From contig JAJCXT010000032.1 in assembly GCA_029263295.1 (NCBI GenBank), forward strand, positions 9,211-73,210: a stretch of DNA of 64,000 nucleotides, read 5' to 3'. Shown here piece by piece: positions 26,962 through 35,606 of the stretch. How positions within the stretch are numbered: position 1 is the stretch's first letter; every line of letters starts with the position of its first letter. The position numbers and the translations under genes are program-made. Origin of the DNA: Acidobacteriota bacterium (GTDB taxonomy: Bacteria; Acidobacteriota; UBA890; WLXD01). The notes under the pieces were generated by a model that was not told the DNA's origin, ran no database searches, and saw only the letters and a program-made list of their open reading frames with translations.

Positions 26962-28461
26962 CTAGGGCTGCACCCGATCAAAGACAATGTTGTTGATCTC
27001 ATCGGCCTCGCCCACGAGATCGTCGGCGTCGACGGTGATGATCAGGAAGCGCCCGCGAAGAGCCTGCAATCGCGTGCCGCGCAGCCGGACGCGCTTCTTC
27101 AGGCCTGCACCGATGGGTGACACCGGCCGCTCCTGGATCATCGTGTCGTCATCGCTCAGTGCCCGGTCGTCCGAGCTCCACACCTGCGCTCGTGTTGTAG
27201 CCGCGGCTGTTGCCGCGCCACCATTGACTACGTCGACAACGAGGACGATCTTGTCGCCACTACGGCGAACGCGGTGTTTCATCTTGACCACGCGCGGGGC
27301 GAGATCGGGAAGTGCGGTGGTGACGGGCAACCGGGCCTGGACCTCAGCGGCAAACGTGGCGTCGAGAAGCACAGCTTCGGCGAACTCGAACAGATTGCCG
27401 ATCACGGCACCCGGCGCTTCCGACGCGGACACGCACCCGGCCACCTGGGCCCCGCCGCTGGTCGCCTGTAGGAAGAACGCGAAGGACGCCACGCGCGCGT
27501 CACCGGCGTCAACGGGGACGATGTCCCATGGCACGATACCCAACCGTGAGAAGGTCCCCTGGAGCAGCGAGCTCGCGCGAAGATCCGTCTCCAAATGGCG
27601 ACTGACCGTGGCGGCCAGCGGGCCAACGGTACCGACGCCTTGCAGCAGGGCGGCCATCACCGCGGAACAGGCCCGAGTCGTGGTCTCCGGCACAAAGGAC
27701 CGCGCCAGTGCATGGTTCTGCCGCGGCGAGGTTCGAGTGCCGGGCACGCAGGCGTCGGGGGCATCCTCCCAGGGCAAACTCGTGCAGAGGAACTCGCGCA
27801 TCGCTCCAACGCGGGCGGGGTCCTGCAGGACTGCGGTCATGGCGGTGACTTCATCGCGATAGCCGAGGGCCCCCACGCCGGATCGGTCGCCTAGCAGCCG
27901 GCGGGCGCTGACGGGTTCCTCAGGCGTTCCAGCCCACAATGCCCGCGAGCTGGCGTAGGGAACCACCGGATCATGGAAGCCCGGCCACAGACGCCGCGCA
28001 CGACCTTCGCCCGCGGCCCCCATCAGGTCGCGTAACAAATCGCGGGCGGCGCGGTCCCCATCAGCAACCATGACCAAGGCAAGCTCATCGAGGCTGATGT
28101 CTTCAGGGTTGCCGAGCCTCTTGAAGGCGCGATACAACGCCCCACGGTCGAGCCCCACCCACGTCTTCCCCCACTCGGCCAACGCCACGCGCTTACCCGC
28201 GTCGAGGCTCCCGTCCCGGGTCGCCTCGACGAAAGCTAGCAGGAGCCTGAGGTCGGACACCCCCGAGGGTTCGAGCCGATCTCCGTTCCAGTGCCGCTCC
28301 CAACCGGCGGTAAGGTGCCGGACGGAGAGTGCGCACCGATCCGGCCGTGCCAGGCAATAGTCGAGCACGCGGCGGCCGGTATCAGTTTGTGCCGCGGTTG
28401 GACCGGGCACGGTCACAAGAACTGCGACGACAAACAGTCCGATCTTGCCGCGACGCACCAT
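26962..28461 (-). CDS. Secreted hypothetical protein with CARDB-like C-terminal domain
   Basis: ATG at 28461 (MVRRGKIGLFVVAVLVTVPGPTAAQ signal peptide) with GGAGGTGG upstream. The C-terminal ~110 aa (KIVLVVDVVNGGAATAA...FLIITVDADDLVGEADEINNIVFD) resembles the CARDB beta-sandwich ending in E-x-NE/D-x-NN. The N-terminal ~380 aa were not recognised. Confidence 0.55.
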   Translation of the reverse strand: MVRRGKIGLFVVAVLVTVPGPTAAQTDTGRRVLDYCLARPDRCALSVRHLTAGWERHWNGDRLEPSGVSDLRLLLAFVEATRDGSLDAGKRVALAEWGKTWVGLDRGALYRAFKRLGNPEDISLDELALVMVADGDRAARDLLRDLMGAAGEGRARRLWPGFHDPVVPYASSRALWAGTPEEPVSARRLLGDRSGVGALGYRDEVTAMTAVLQDPARVGAMREFLCTSLPWEDAPDACVPGTRTSPRQNHALARSFVPETTTRACSAVMAALLQGVGTVGPLAATVSRHLETDLRASSLLQGTFSRLGIVPWDIVPVDAGDARVASFAFFLQATSGGAQVAGCVSASEAPGAVIGNLFEFAEAVLLDATFAAEVQARLPVTTALPDLAPRVVKMKHRVRRSGDKIVLVVDVVNGGAATAAATTRAQVWSSDDRALSDDDTMIQERPVSPIGAGLKKRVRLRGTRLQALRGRFLIITVDADDLVGEADEINNIVFDRVQP

Positions 28462-28558
28462 TCCACCTCCGATCTTGGTCGAGAGCCGAGAACCTATCAG
28501 CAGCTCGCTCGCTCGCGAAGCGCGACACAAGTCCGAGTGTGTTGGAAACGACAAAGTA

Positions 28559-28577
28559 GAGCCGGCGACTCCGGCTC
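28559..28577 (-). terminator. Candidate intrinsic terminator after the DUF5916-like gene
   Basis: Minus strand reads GAGCCGG-agtcg-CCGGCTC followed by UACUUUGUCGUUUCC. It lies 53 nt downstream of the stop at 28630. Confidence 0.4.
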
Positions 28578-28629
28578 GCCAACGGCGTGCGAGGCGATGT
28601 TGGTGCTCGAGGGCCCGCGTGCCCGATCC

Positions 28630-30786
28630 TCAGAAGCGTAGGTTGTGCACCACTTTGAGAATGAGGGCGCGGTCGTGCAGGGTGCTTAGCGGGCCGCCGA
28701 GGAGGCGTCCTTCGTCGTACACCAGCCAGGCCTCGGAGCCGGGGGTGTAGATCCAGCGTGCTCGGAAGTTGACCACGAATTCGTCGTACAGAGTCGAGTA
28801 TTGAACCACGGCGCGCGTGGTCAGTGCCGGGCTGAAGTAGTACGAGGCCGCGAAGCGGGTGACCAGGCTCTCGAACGAGCCGCCCGGCACGTCGACGACG
28901 TCGTACTGGTTCTCGCTGCGCAGGTTGATGCGCGGAATGGGTCGCAGCCCGAGGTTCAGCGTCGTGCTCTTGATCGTGCCACCGAAGAAACCGCCGCCGA
29001 CAAACGTGGCGCCCACCGACCAGCTGCGCGCCGGGTTGGTGACGAAGTCGACAGTTACCTGGTTGTTGTCGTACTCACCCGGAGGTACCTCGACACCGGG
29101 CGCGATGGCGAAACCGTAGGGCACGCGCTCGAACGCGTCTCGATACAGGAGCGTCCCTTGATCCTCGCTCTGGAACAGGATCAGGAAGCCCGGCCGGATG
29201 CTCTCGCTCTCGAGCAAACCCCGTTGGTTCTCCACCCGGTCGTAGCGGAGCCCGAAGGTAAGCTGCCGCACTGTCTCGCCGCCAGGGCGCGGCTTGTAGT
29301 GCATGTTGGTGGTGATCCGCCGCTGGTCGGAGCGCCGGACGAAGCCCATCCCTGGGGCGAACTGGTCGCCGACGTCGACGTACTGCACCGACCAGTCGTA
29401 GAGGTCGCGCCGCTGCGATGCCGATACCGACGTGAACCAACTGCCAGACTCGACTCCCGGGCGCGCACTGTGCGCGAACGATCCGCGCACCAGGATGTTG
29501 GTACCGAACAGGAACTGGGCGTCGCCGCCGGTGGTCGTGTCCTCGAAGGCAGAGTCACCGCTGCGGCGCGTGTAGATCCCTCCGATCGCACTGCGGCCGA
29601 GGACGTTCTGCTGCACCCGCGCCACACTGAAGTGCTCGGCGGGAATCCCGGTGACATCCTTCGTCCACAGCGTCATCAGTCCGAAGTTCGTATTGCCGGG
29701 CTGGCCGTAGGCGCGGGCGCCAGCGAGTATCGGCACCGCCTGGCCGTCGCGAAGGCCGATGCGGCGACTGAAGAAAACCTCGACCTCGCGGGCCAGGCCG
29801 AAACGGAACAGGTCGGCACGTTCGAGAAAGAAGTCACGCTTCTCTGGGAAGAACAGACCGAAACGCGACAGATTGACGCGCAGGTCATCACTCTCGATCT
29901 GGGCGAAGTCAGAATTGAAGGTGAGGTCGGCGGTGACGTCGGTCGTCACGCCCCACTTCACGTCGAGCCCAGCGTCGAGCTCATTGGAGGTCTCGTCCAG
30001 TAGCCGACTGTGCCCGGCCAGCCCGTACGGCTTGACCTCGAGATTCGCTCCGCGCTTGGCGCCACGGATGCCCACCATGTCGGCGTACTGGCTCACCGTG
30101 CTGAAGGCGTAGTCGCGACTCAGATAGGGCCAGTTCACCTTCTCGTTCTTGCGCCGGATGATGCGTTCGAGATTGAGGCCCATCGTCAGCTCGTCGGCCG
30201 GCTTGAAGCGCAACGAAAACCACGGGATGGCGATCTCGATGGTGTAGCCGAGCTCGTCGATGTTGCCTTTCGAGTACCAGATCGTGTCCCAGGAGAGATT
30301 GAACGAGCCGGCCTCGGACAGTTGCAGGTCGAGCTGCGTGCCAAGCACGTTGGTCTGAAACGCGAGCGCCGTACGGTTGTCGTTGAGGGTGTCGATGGCG
30401 ATGCTGATCGAGTCATCGGCATCGATGAACGAGTCGCGCTCGAACTGGCGCGCGATGATCCTGGCAGGGTCGCTGTCGAACGCACGCACTCCGAAGTAGA
30501 GGAACTCGTCGTCATAGGCGACGCGGATCTCGGTGCGTTCGGTCGCGGCCTCGCCGTTGAGCGGCTCGTACTGACGGAAGTCGGTCACCGGGTCGACGGT
30601 TGCCCACGCGGCCTCGTTGAGCAGGCCGTCGACGCGGATAGTCTCCTCGAGCCGCGTCGGCGCGACTGTTGGCAGCGGCCCGGCGGGCCCCTGGGCATCA
30701 GCGACTTGCCAGGGCACAATCGTCGCTGCGGAGGCGATCGCCGCGCAGACGAACGCACGGTGAAGATGGTCGGCGGAATGCGGCAA
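28630..30786 (-). CDS. CBM9-like / DUF5916 family outer-membrane-associated protein
   Basis: IRVDGLLNEAAWATVDPVTDFRQYEPLNGEAATERTEIRVAYDDEFLYFGVRAFDSDP and IEIAIPWFSLRF match the CBM9-like N-domain of DUF5916 proteins, followed by a long beta-rich C-terminus. Start is uncertain. The track start 30951 would overlap the divergent gene, so TTG 30786 (MPHSADHLHRAFVCAAIASAATIVPWQVADAQ) is proposed. Confidence 0.65.
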   Translation of the reverse strand: MPHSADHLHRAFVCAAIASAATIVPWQVADAQGPAGPLPTVAPTRLEETIRVDGLLNEAAWATVDPVTDFRQYEPLNGEAATERTEIRVAYDDEFLYFGVRAFDSDPARIIARQFERDSFIDADDSISIAIDTLNDNRTALAFQTNVLGTQLDLQLSEAGSFNLSWDTIWYSKGNIDELGYTIEIAIPWFSLRFKPADELTMGLNLERIIRRKNEKVNWPYLSRDYAFSTVSQYADMVGIRGAKRGANLEVKPYGLAGHSRLLDETSNELDAGLDVKWGVTTDVTADLTFNSDFAQIESDDLRVNLSRFGLFFPEKRDFFLERADLFRFGLAREVEVFFSRRIGLRDGQAVPILAGARAYGQPGNTNFGLMTLWTKDVTGIPAEHFSVARVQQNVLGRSAIGGIYTRRSGDSAFEDTTTGGDAQFLFGTNILVRGSFAHSARPGVESGSWFTSVSASQRRDLYDWSVQYVDVGDQFAPGMGFVRRSDQRRITTNMHYKPRPGGETVRQLTFGLRYDRVENQRGLLESESIRPGFLILFQSEDQGTLLYRDAFERVPYGFAIAPGVEVPPGEYDNNQVTVDFVTNPARSWSVGATFVGGGFFGGTIKSTTLNLGLRPIPRINLRSENQYDVVDVPGGSFESLVTRFAASYYFSPALTTRAVVQYSTLYDEFVVNFRARWIYTPGSEAWLVYDEGRLLGGPLSTLHDRALILKVVHNLRF

Positions 30787-30865
30787 CAGGAGCTGCTTCG
30801 TGCGGGGATGGTCGCCAGGCGGCGGGAACGTACGAGAAACCCATATTACTACCAGGGGTAAACGA

Positions 30866-32533
30866 ATGTTGTTCCGGAGGCTTTTTGCCAGCGTTCTCGT
30901 GGCTGCGTTGTCGGCGTGTTCCGTGCCGGAGCCCATAGAGGCCCCGGGCACCGAGCTGGATGCCCTCGTGAACGACTACATCGAACTCGTTGGCCAGCGC
31001 TCGAGCGCCTGGGACATCGGTCGACTGCGCACGGACGGCGCACCGGACCTCTCCGCCGCGCGGTTTGCGGCGGACCTGTCGCCGCGTCGCGAATTGCTCG
31101 CCCGCATCGAAGCCACGGACATCGAATTGCTCGTGGGGGCAGAGATCACCGACCGCACGGCAATGATCGGGTTTCTGCGCTCGGACATCTACAGCGCGGA
31201 GCGTCGCCGAGCGACCGAGATGGAGCCCCTTCTCTACGTACCGGTACGGCAGATCGGGCGACTGTTTCCTGACCCGATCGTTGGCGGCGAGGTAGCCCAG
31301 GAGCGGGCAGCCGTCCTCCTCGCGGCGGTACCGGCTGCACTAGAGCAGGGCAAGGCGAGCCTTGGCCGCCCCCCGGAGCGCTCGACGCGTGAGGCGATGT
31401 TTCAGACACGATCTACGATCGATGGATTGGTGGCGAACCGTTCGCAGTTGCGTGGAGAGGCCGGCGAGGCAGCGGAGGTGGCCACTGCCGCACTCGAGTC
31501 CTATCTCGAGTTCCTCGAAATGGAGCTCCTGCCGCGCTCCGATGGCAGCTGGGCGATCGGCAAGGAGCACTACGACTACATCCTGCAGAATCGCTGGCTG
31601 ATGGACGAGGACGCCGATGACATTATCGCTCTGGGTCGGGCGGCCTTTGCAGAGACTACGGCCGAGGCGCAGGTAGTCGCCGAGCGCATCGCGCCGGGCA
31701 AGCACTGGGTCGAGGTCTACGAAGAGCTCAAGAAAGACCATCCGAGCGCGGATGGTCTCAAGCAGGCGTACCAGGAACAGATGGACGCCGCCCAGGCGTT
31801 CGTCTACGAGCACAACGTACTCACGCTGCCGGCGGGAGAGAACGTCATCACGGTGGATACGCCCCTGGCGCAGCGGCGATCATCTCCTTTCGGGACCTTC
31901 GACAGCGTCGGTCCGGACGAGGACGGCCTGCAGGGACGCCTGGTGCTGACGCCGATCGAAGAGGGCCTGATGCCCGAGCAACATGAGGCCCGGCTCTCGG
32001 CCCACCACACCGCGTGGGTCCCCATCATCGCCGTGCACGAGGCCTATCCGGGCCATCATGCGCAGGCGCTGAAGGTCTACGAGAATCCCCGCCGGCTGCG
32101 CCACTATGTACGCGAGTCGATCTTCTCGGAAGGGTGGGGGCTATTCACCGAGCAACTGATGTTCGAACTCGGGTTCCTGCACGGCGATGACGTGAAGCTC
32201 ACTCAGTTGCGCAACCGGTTGTGGCGCGCGGCCCGCGTGATCCTCGAAGCCAGTCTGCACACGGGCAGGATGACCTTCGATGAAGCAGTGAACTTCTTGG
32301 TGGAGGAAGTGCGGTTTGATCGCATGGCCGCCGAACTCGAGGTCGGTATGTACACGGGGCGCCCCACGTATTTCCTCGGTTACCTCATCGGCTCGATGAA
32401 GATCGAGGAGATGCGGGCCGACTGGATCGCCAAGTATGGCGAACCGGCCGAGCCACGAGACTTCTACGACAAGCTCCTCATCATCGGCTCACTGCCGCCG
32501 ACACTAGTACGCGCCGAGTTGCTCTCCGAGTAG
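30866..32533 (+). CDS. DUF885 family lipoprotein (paralogue of 2486-4228)
   Basis: ATG at 30866 gives MLFRRLFASVLVAALSAC (lipobox). Signature VHEAYPGHHAQ and FSEGWGLF. Confidence 0.8.
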   Translation: MLFRRLFASVLVAALSACSVPEPIEAPGTELDALVNDYIELVGQRSSAWDIGRLRTDGAPDLSAARFAADLSPRRELLARIEATDIELLVGAEITDRTAMIGFLRSDIYSAERRRATEMEPLLYVPVRQIGRLFPDPIVGGEVAQERAAVLLAAVPAALEQGKASLGRPPERSTREAMFQTRSTIDGLVANRSQLRGEAGEAAEVATAALESYLEFLEMELLPRSDGSWAIGKEHYDYILQNRWLMDEDADDIIALGRAAFAETTAEAQVVAERIAPGKHWVEVYEELKKDHPSADGLKQAYQEQMDAAQAFVYEHNVLTLPAGENVITVDTPLAQRRSSPFGTFDSVGPDEDGLQGRLVLTPIEEGLMPEQHEARLSAHHTAWVPIIAVHEAYPGHHAQALKVYENPRRLRHYVRESIFSEGWGLFTEQLMFELGFLHGDDVKLTQLRNRLWRAARVILEASLHTGRMTFDEAVNFLVEEVRFDRMAAELEVGMYTGRPTYFLGYLIGSMKIEEMRADWIAKYGEPAEPRDFYDKLLIIGSLPPTLVRAELLSE

Positions 32534-32591
32534 CGCCTACGCGCTGCATCGGACGCGGCGTGTTCTATCCCTGGCTCCACCAGCCGTGGGC

Positions 32592-32996
32592 TCACTTCAG
32601 GTGGATGACGCGCAGCGGACGGACTTCCACGATCCGGTCGAAGTCGACGTCGTCGTGGAGCAGTACGCCGTCAACCTCCAGAACTTGCTGCGCGATCAGG
32701 CAGTCGACGGAGGATCGCACCGTGACTCCACGGCGCCGACAATCGAAGAAGATCCTGGCCGCTCCCTGATGAGTTTCCCAGCGGTCTGTGGGAGGCAGAG
32801 TGCGCTGCGTTGACAGGAACTCGTCCAGAAGTTTCCACTCACGCTCGTCGCGCGCACCCTGGAGTACTTCCTGACAGCAGATCAGGGGAATCGCGAATGG
32901 AGTGTCGCGCTCCTCGAGTTCATGAAGGGCCTTCGTGGCCGGAGTGAGACCGCCGCGCAGGAAGTCCACCAGCACCGACGTGTCAACGACGATCAC
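32592..32996 (-). CDS. vapC: VapC-type PIN-domain toxin
   Basis: 134 aa. MIVVDTSVLVDFL... (N-terminal acidic D of the PIN fold), ...CCQEVLQG..., ...DCLIAQQ..., LLHDDVDF. GTG start overlaps the antitoxin stop (GTGA). Confidence 0.8.
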   Translation of the reverse strand: MIVVDTSVLVDFLRGGLTPATKALHELEERDTPFAIPLICCQEVLQGARDEREWKLLDEFLSTQRTLPPTDRWETHQGAARIFFDCRRRGVTVRSSVDCLIAQQVLEVDGVLLHDDVDFDRIVEVRPLRVIHLK

Positions 32997-33193
32997 GTGG
33001 CTTCGCGGGCCGCTTTGTGGTCGTAGTCCTCCGCGAAGCGGATCTTGCCCGCGATCTCCGAGAGCTTGCGTCGCTTCCGAACCTCTATCAGTACGCGCAG
33101 CGCCTCGTGAACGACGGCGCGCTTCGTGCCCATGCCCGTGAGTCGCTGGGCTTCTCGCACCAGATCCTGATCGAGATCAATGTTGGTCCTCAT
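32993..33193 (-). CDS. vapB: VapB-type antitoxin
   Basis: MRTNIDLDQDLVREAQRLTGMGTKRAVVHEALRVLI is the common VapB (DUF2191-like) N-terminus. Three in-frame ATGs (33211, 33199, 33193); the last is chosen. Confidence 0.75.
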   Translation of the reverse strand: MRTNIDLDQDLVREAQRLTGMGTKRAVVHEALRVLIEVRKRRKLSEIAGKIRFAEDYDHKAAREAT

Positions 33194-33306
33194 ACACATC
33201 AGTATACACATTCGTTTTCTCGCCTCCCACGCGAACGTGTTCCTGGGTCGTGACTCCTAGAGACGGCCATGTTCGACAGATTGCCGCGCCGGAGCCGTTG
33301 CGCAGG

Positions 33307-33324
33307 TGCTAGCATTTGCTAGCA
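33307..33324. promoter_or_regulatory. Two tandem 8-bp palindromes TGCTAGCA upstream of the RelB-like antitoxin gene
   Basis: TGCTAGCA at 33307-33314 and 33317-33324, 10 bp centre to centre, 29 nt before the ATG at 33353. This is the geometry expected for an RHH antitoxin operator. Confidence 0.5.
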
Positions 33325-33352
33325 GCAAGAATCCGTGGGGAGGTGACCGTCT

Positions 33353-33577
33353 ATGACCGATGTGCAGTTCAACGTACGTATTGACCAGGATTTGAAGAGC
33401 GCCGTCGAGAACTGGTGCCAGTCCAGCGGAGAGGCCATCGGGTACTTCGTCCAGGAGGCACTCATCGACCGACTCGAGGAACTTGAAGACATCGAGGACC
33501 TGAAGACAATTCGACATGAACCGACGCGGCCATTCGCGGAGGTCGTTGCTGAGTTGGGGCTCGACGAAGACGATTGA
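33353..33577 (+). CDS. RelB/DinJ-like (ribbon-helix-helix type) antitoxin
   Basis: 74 aa. MTDVQFNVRIDQDLKSAVENWCQSSG... followed by an acidic C-terminal tail. The stop overlaps the toxin start (TTGA). Confidence 0.65.
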   Translation: MTDVQFNVRIDQDLKSAVENWCQSSGEAIGYFVQEALIDRLEELEDIEDLKTIRHEPTRPFAEVVAELGLDEDD

Positions 33578-33834
33578 CCTACCGACTAGAGATGGCAGCG
33601 ATCGCCGAGCGCCAACTCAAGAAACTACCCAGGGAAGTACAGCAGCGGCTCAGAGGTCGGATCGACGAACTCGCTGATCAACCCAGGCCACTCGGTTGCC
33701 GCAAGCTCGTTGGCTACCAGGATGTCTATCGCATCCGGGTCGGCCTGTATCGGGTGATCTATAGCGTCGACGACGAGAAGGTCATCGTGATCATCCTCAA
33801 GCTCGGTCATCGACGGGGCGTATACCGCCGGTGA
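33574..33834 (+). CDS. RelE/ParE-family toxin
   Basis: 86 aa. TYRLEMAAIAERQLKKLPREVQQRLRGRIDELADQPRP.G.KLVGYQDVYRIRVGLYRVIYSVDDEKVIVIILKLGHRRGVY is a classic RelE/StbE pattern. Confidence 0.8.
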   Translation: MTYRLEMAAIAERQLKKLPREVQQRLRGRIDELADQPRPLGCRKLVGYQDVYRIRVGLYRVIYSVDDEKVIVIILKLGHRRGVYRR

Positions 33835-35373
33835 CTACTCCACGCGGCGTGCTGCCGCCGTGTCGATGAGATCCTCGATGTTCCGCTTGAGGTTCATCAA
33901 CTCGTCCTCTTGCACGTACATCATGTGGCCCGCCTCGTAGTAGTTGTGGCGGATGTTGCCGCGCAGTTCGGCCGGCAGATTCATGTGGTCGGTTGTCCAC
34001 TGCATGGCGAAGTAGGGTGTGGCGAGGTCGTAGTAGCCGTTCTCCACCTGCACGATCAGGCTCGGATTCCGGATCATGGCCTGCTCGAGATCGCCAGCGA
34101 CGTAGGTTGAGCCCTGCCAGCCTCGACCGCCGTTGGCGCGGTTCCAGTTCCAGCCGCGCGCGCCGCCACCGGTCACGTAGTTCTCGGTCGTCTCGAAGCC
34201 GAGATCTTCGCGCAGGTAGCGGTTGGCCGCCGCGGTGTAGGCGCCGCTGATGGCGGTCGACTGCGGATCGTACTGGGCGTTCTCGCTCATCAGGTCGTTG
34301 GTGAAGCCGTTGTAGCGGGCGTCGAGACGGGAGGCGACCATGCCCGAGGTTCGTTGCAACTCAGCGCGGAACTGCGAAGCGTTGACGCGCAGGTTGCCCC
34401 GCTCGAGGTACTCCTCCGAGAGGCCTGTGTACTCGGCTAGCTTCGTGCGCACCGCAGCACGCTGGTCGGCCGGCGCCGAGGCGCCCATCGCGAGCACGTG
34501 CGCGTAGTCGCCAAGAGCGAATTCGCTGACCTCATCGAGCCACGCCTCGAGATCGTCCGGCCACGGCACGGCGTTGTGGTAAGCAGCGGTGATGGCGTAG
34601 CTCGGCAGGTACACGATGTACGACGTGTCGTGCCCCGGTGCGAACAGCAGCGTCTCGAAGTCGAGGACGGCAGAGATCAGCGACACGCCCGAGAAGTGCA
34701 TCCCGGCGCGGTTCTGCAACTGGTTTACCAGCACGGCCGAACGGGTGGTGCCGTAGCTCTCGCCGAGCAGGAACTTGGGCGAGTTCCACCGTTGGTTGCG
34801 CGTCACGTATTGAGTTATGAACTGGGTGAGGGAACTTGCGTCCTCGTCGATGCCCCAGAAATCGGTGCCGTCACCTTTGCCGACCACGCGGCTGAAGCCT
34901 GTGCCGATGGGATCGATAAACACCATGTCGGCAACATCGATCAGGCTGCCCTGGTTGTCCACCAGATCGTACGGCGGCGGAGGCGTGTGGCCGTTGTCGT
35001 TCACGGGCACGCGCTTGGGACCGAAGGCGCCCATGTGCAGCCATACCGATGCGGAGCCGGGGCCACCGTTGAAGATGAAGGTCAGCGGCCGCGTCTCCGA
35101 GTCGACGTCCGTTCGGCGGTAGGCCGTGTAGTAGAGGCTGCCAATGGCATCGCCGTCGTCGTTGACCAAATGCATCGTCGCCGCGGTCGCTTCGTAGGGA
35201 ATGGTGACACCGTCGAGCACTATGCTGTGCTCGGTAACTGCCATCTGCTCCGCCGGGATTGGTCGCTCCTCGCCCTCGGACTTACCTCCGCGTTGCGGTG
35301 CCTGCGCGAACGCCGGCGCCCCGGCGACGAGTACAAACAGGAGCAGGGCACATAAGGGGCTTTTGAAACGCAT
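33835..35373 (-). CDS. Peptidase S10 family serine carboxypeptidase, secreted
   Basis: Signal peptide MRFKSPLCALLLFVLVAGAPAFAQ. FIFNGGPGSASVWLHMG and the catalytic-serine block LLGESYGT. Confidence 0.8.
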   Translation of the reverse strand: MRFKSPLCALLLFVLVAGAPAFAQAPQRGGKSEGEERPIPAEQMAVTEHSIVLDGVTIPYEATAATMHLVNDDGDAIGSLYYTAYRRTDVDSETRPLTFIFNGGPGSASVWLHMGAFGPKRVPVNDNGHTPPPPYDLVDNQGSLIDVADMVFIDPIGTGFSRVVGKGDGTDFWGIDEDASSLTQFITQYVTRNQRWNSPKFLLGESYGTTRSAVLVNQLQNRAGMHFSGVSLISAVLDFETLLFAPGHDTSYIVYLPSYAITAAYHNAVPWPDDLEAWLDEVSEFALGDYAHVLAMGASAPADQRAAVRTKLAEYTGLSEEYLERGNLRVNASQFRAELQRTSGMVASRLDARYNGFTNDLMSENAQYDPQSTAISGAYTAAANRYLREDLGFETTENYVTGGGARGWNWNRANGGRGWQGSTYVAGDLEQAMIRNPSLIVQVENGYYDLATPYFAMQWTTDHMNLPAELRGNIRHNYYEAGHMMYVQEDELMNLKRNIEDLIDTAAARRVE

Positions 35374-35606
35374 CGGGACCTCGGTGTTGTGGGCGCACGA
35401 ACGATCGGGCTGGCCGCGCGACTAACAGGGTGGGCCAACGGTGGGAGTGTAGGCCATTAGCTCCCGTGGCCGGATTCGGCGACGGGTGAACAGCCCTCGA
35501 CAGATTTAATCGCCTCTTAATCCGTGTTTGATAGTGGCTTCACAAAGTCCGAGTGCAATGCTGGCTATAGACTCGCTCTCCTTTCTGGATTCTCGAGGGA
35601 ACATCC

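Noticed and set aside
28801-30861. Plus-strand ORFs 28801-30003 (400 aa) and 30010-30861 (283 aa)
   Set aside because: They lie antisense to the CBM9/DUF5916 gene, which has clear family blocks. Their composition is that of shadow ORFs.
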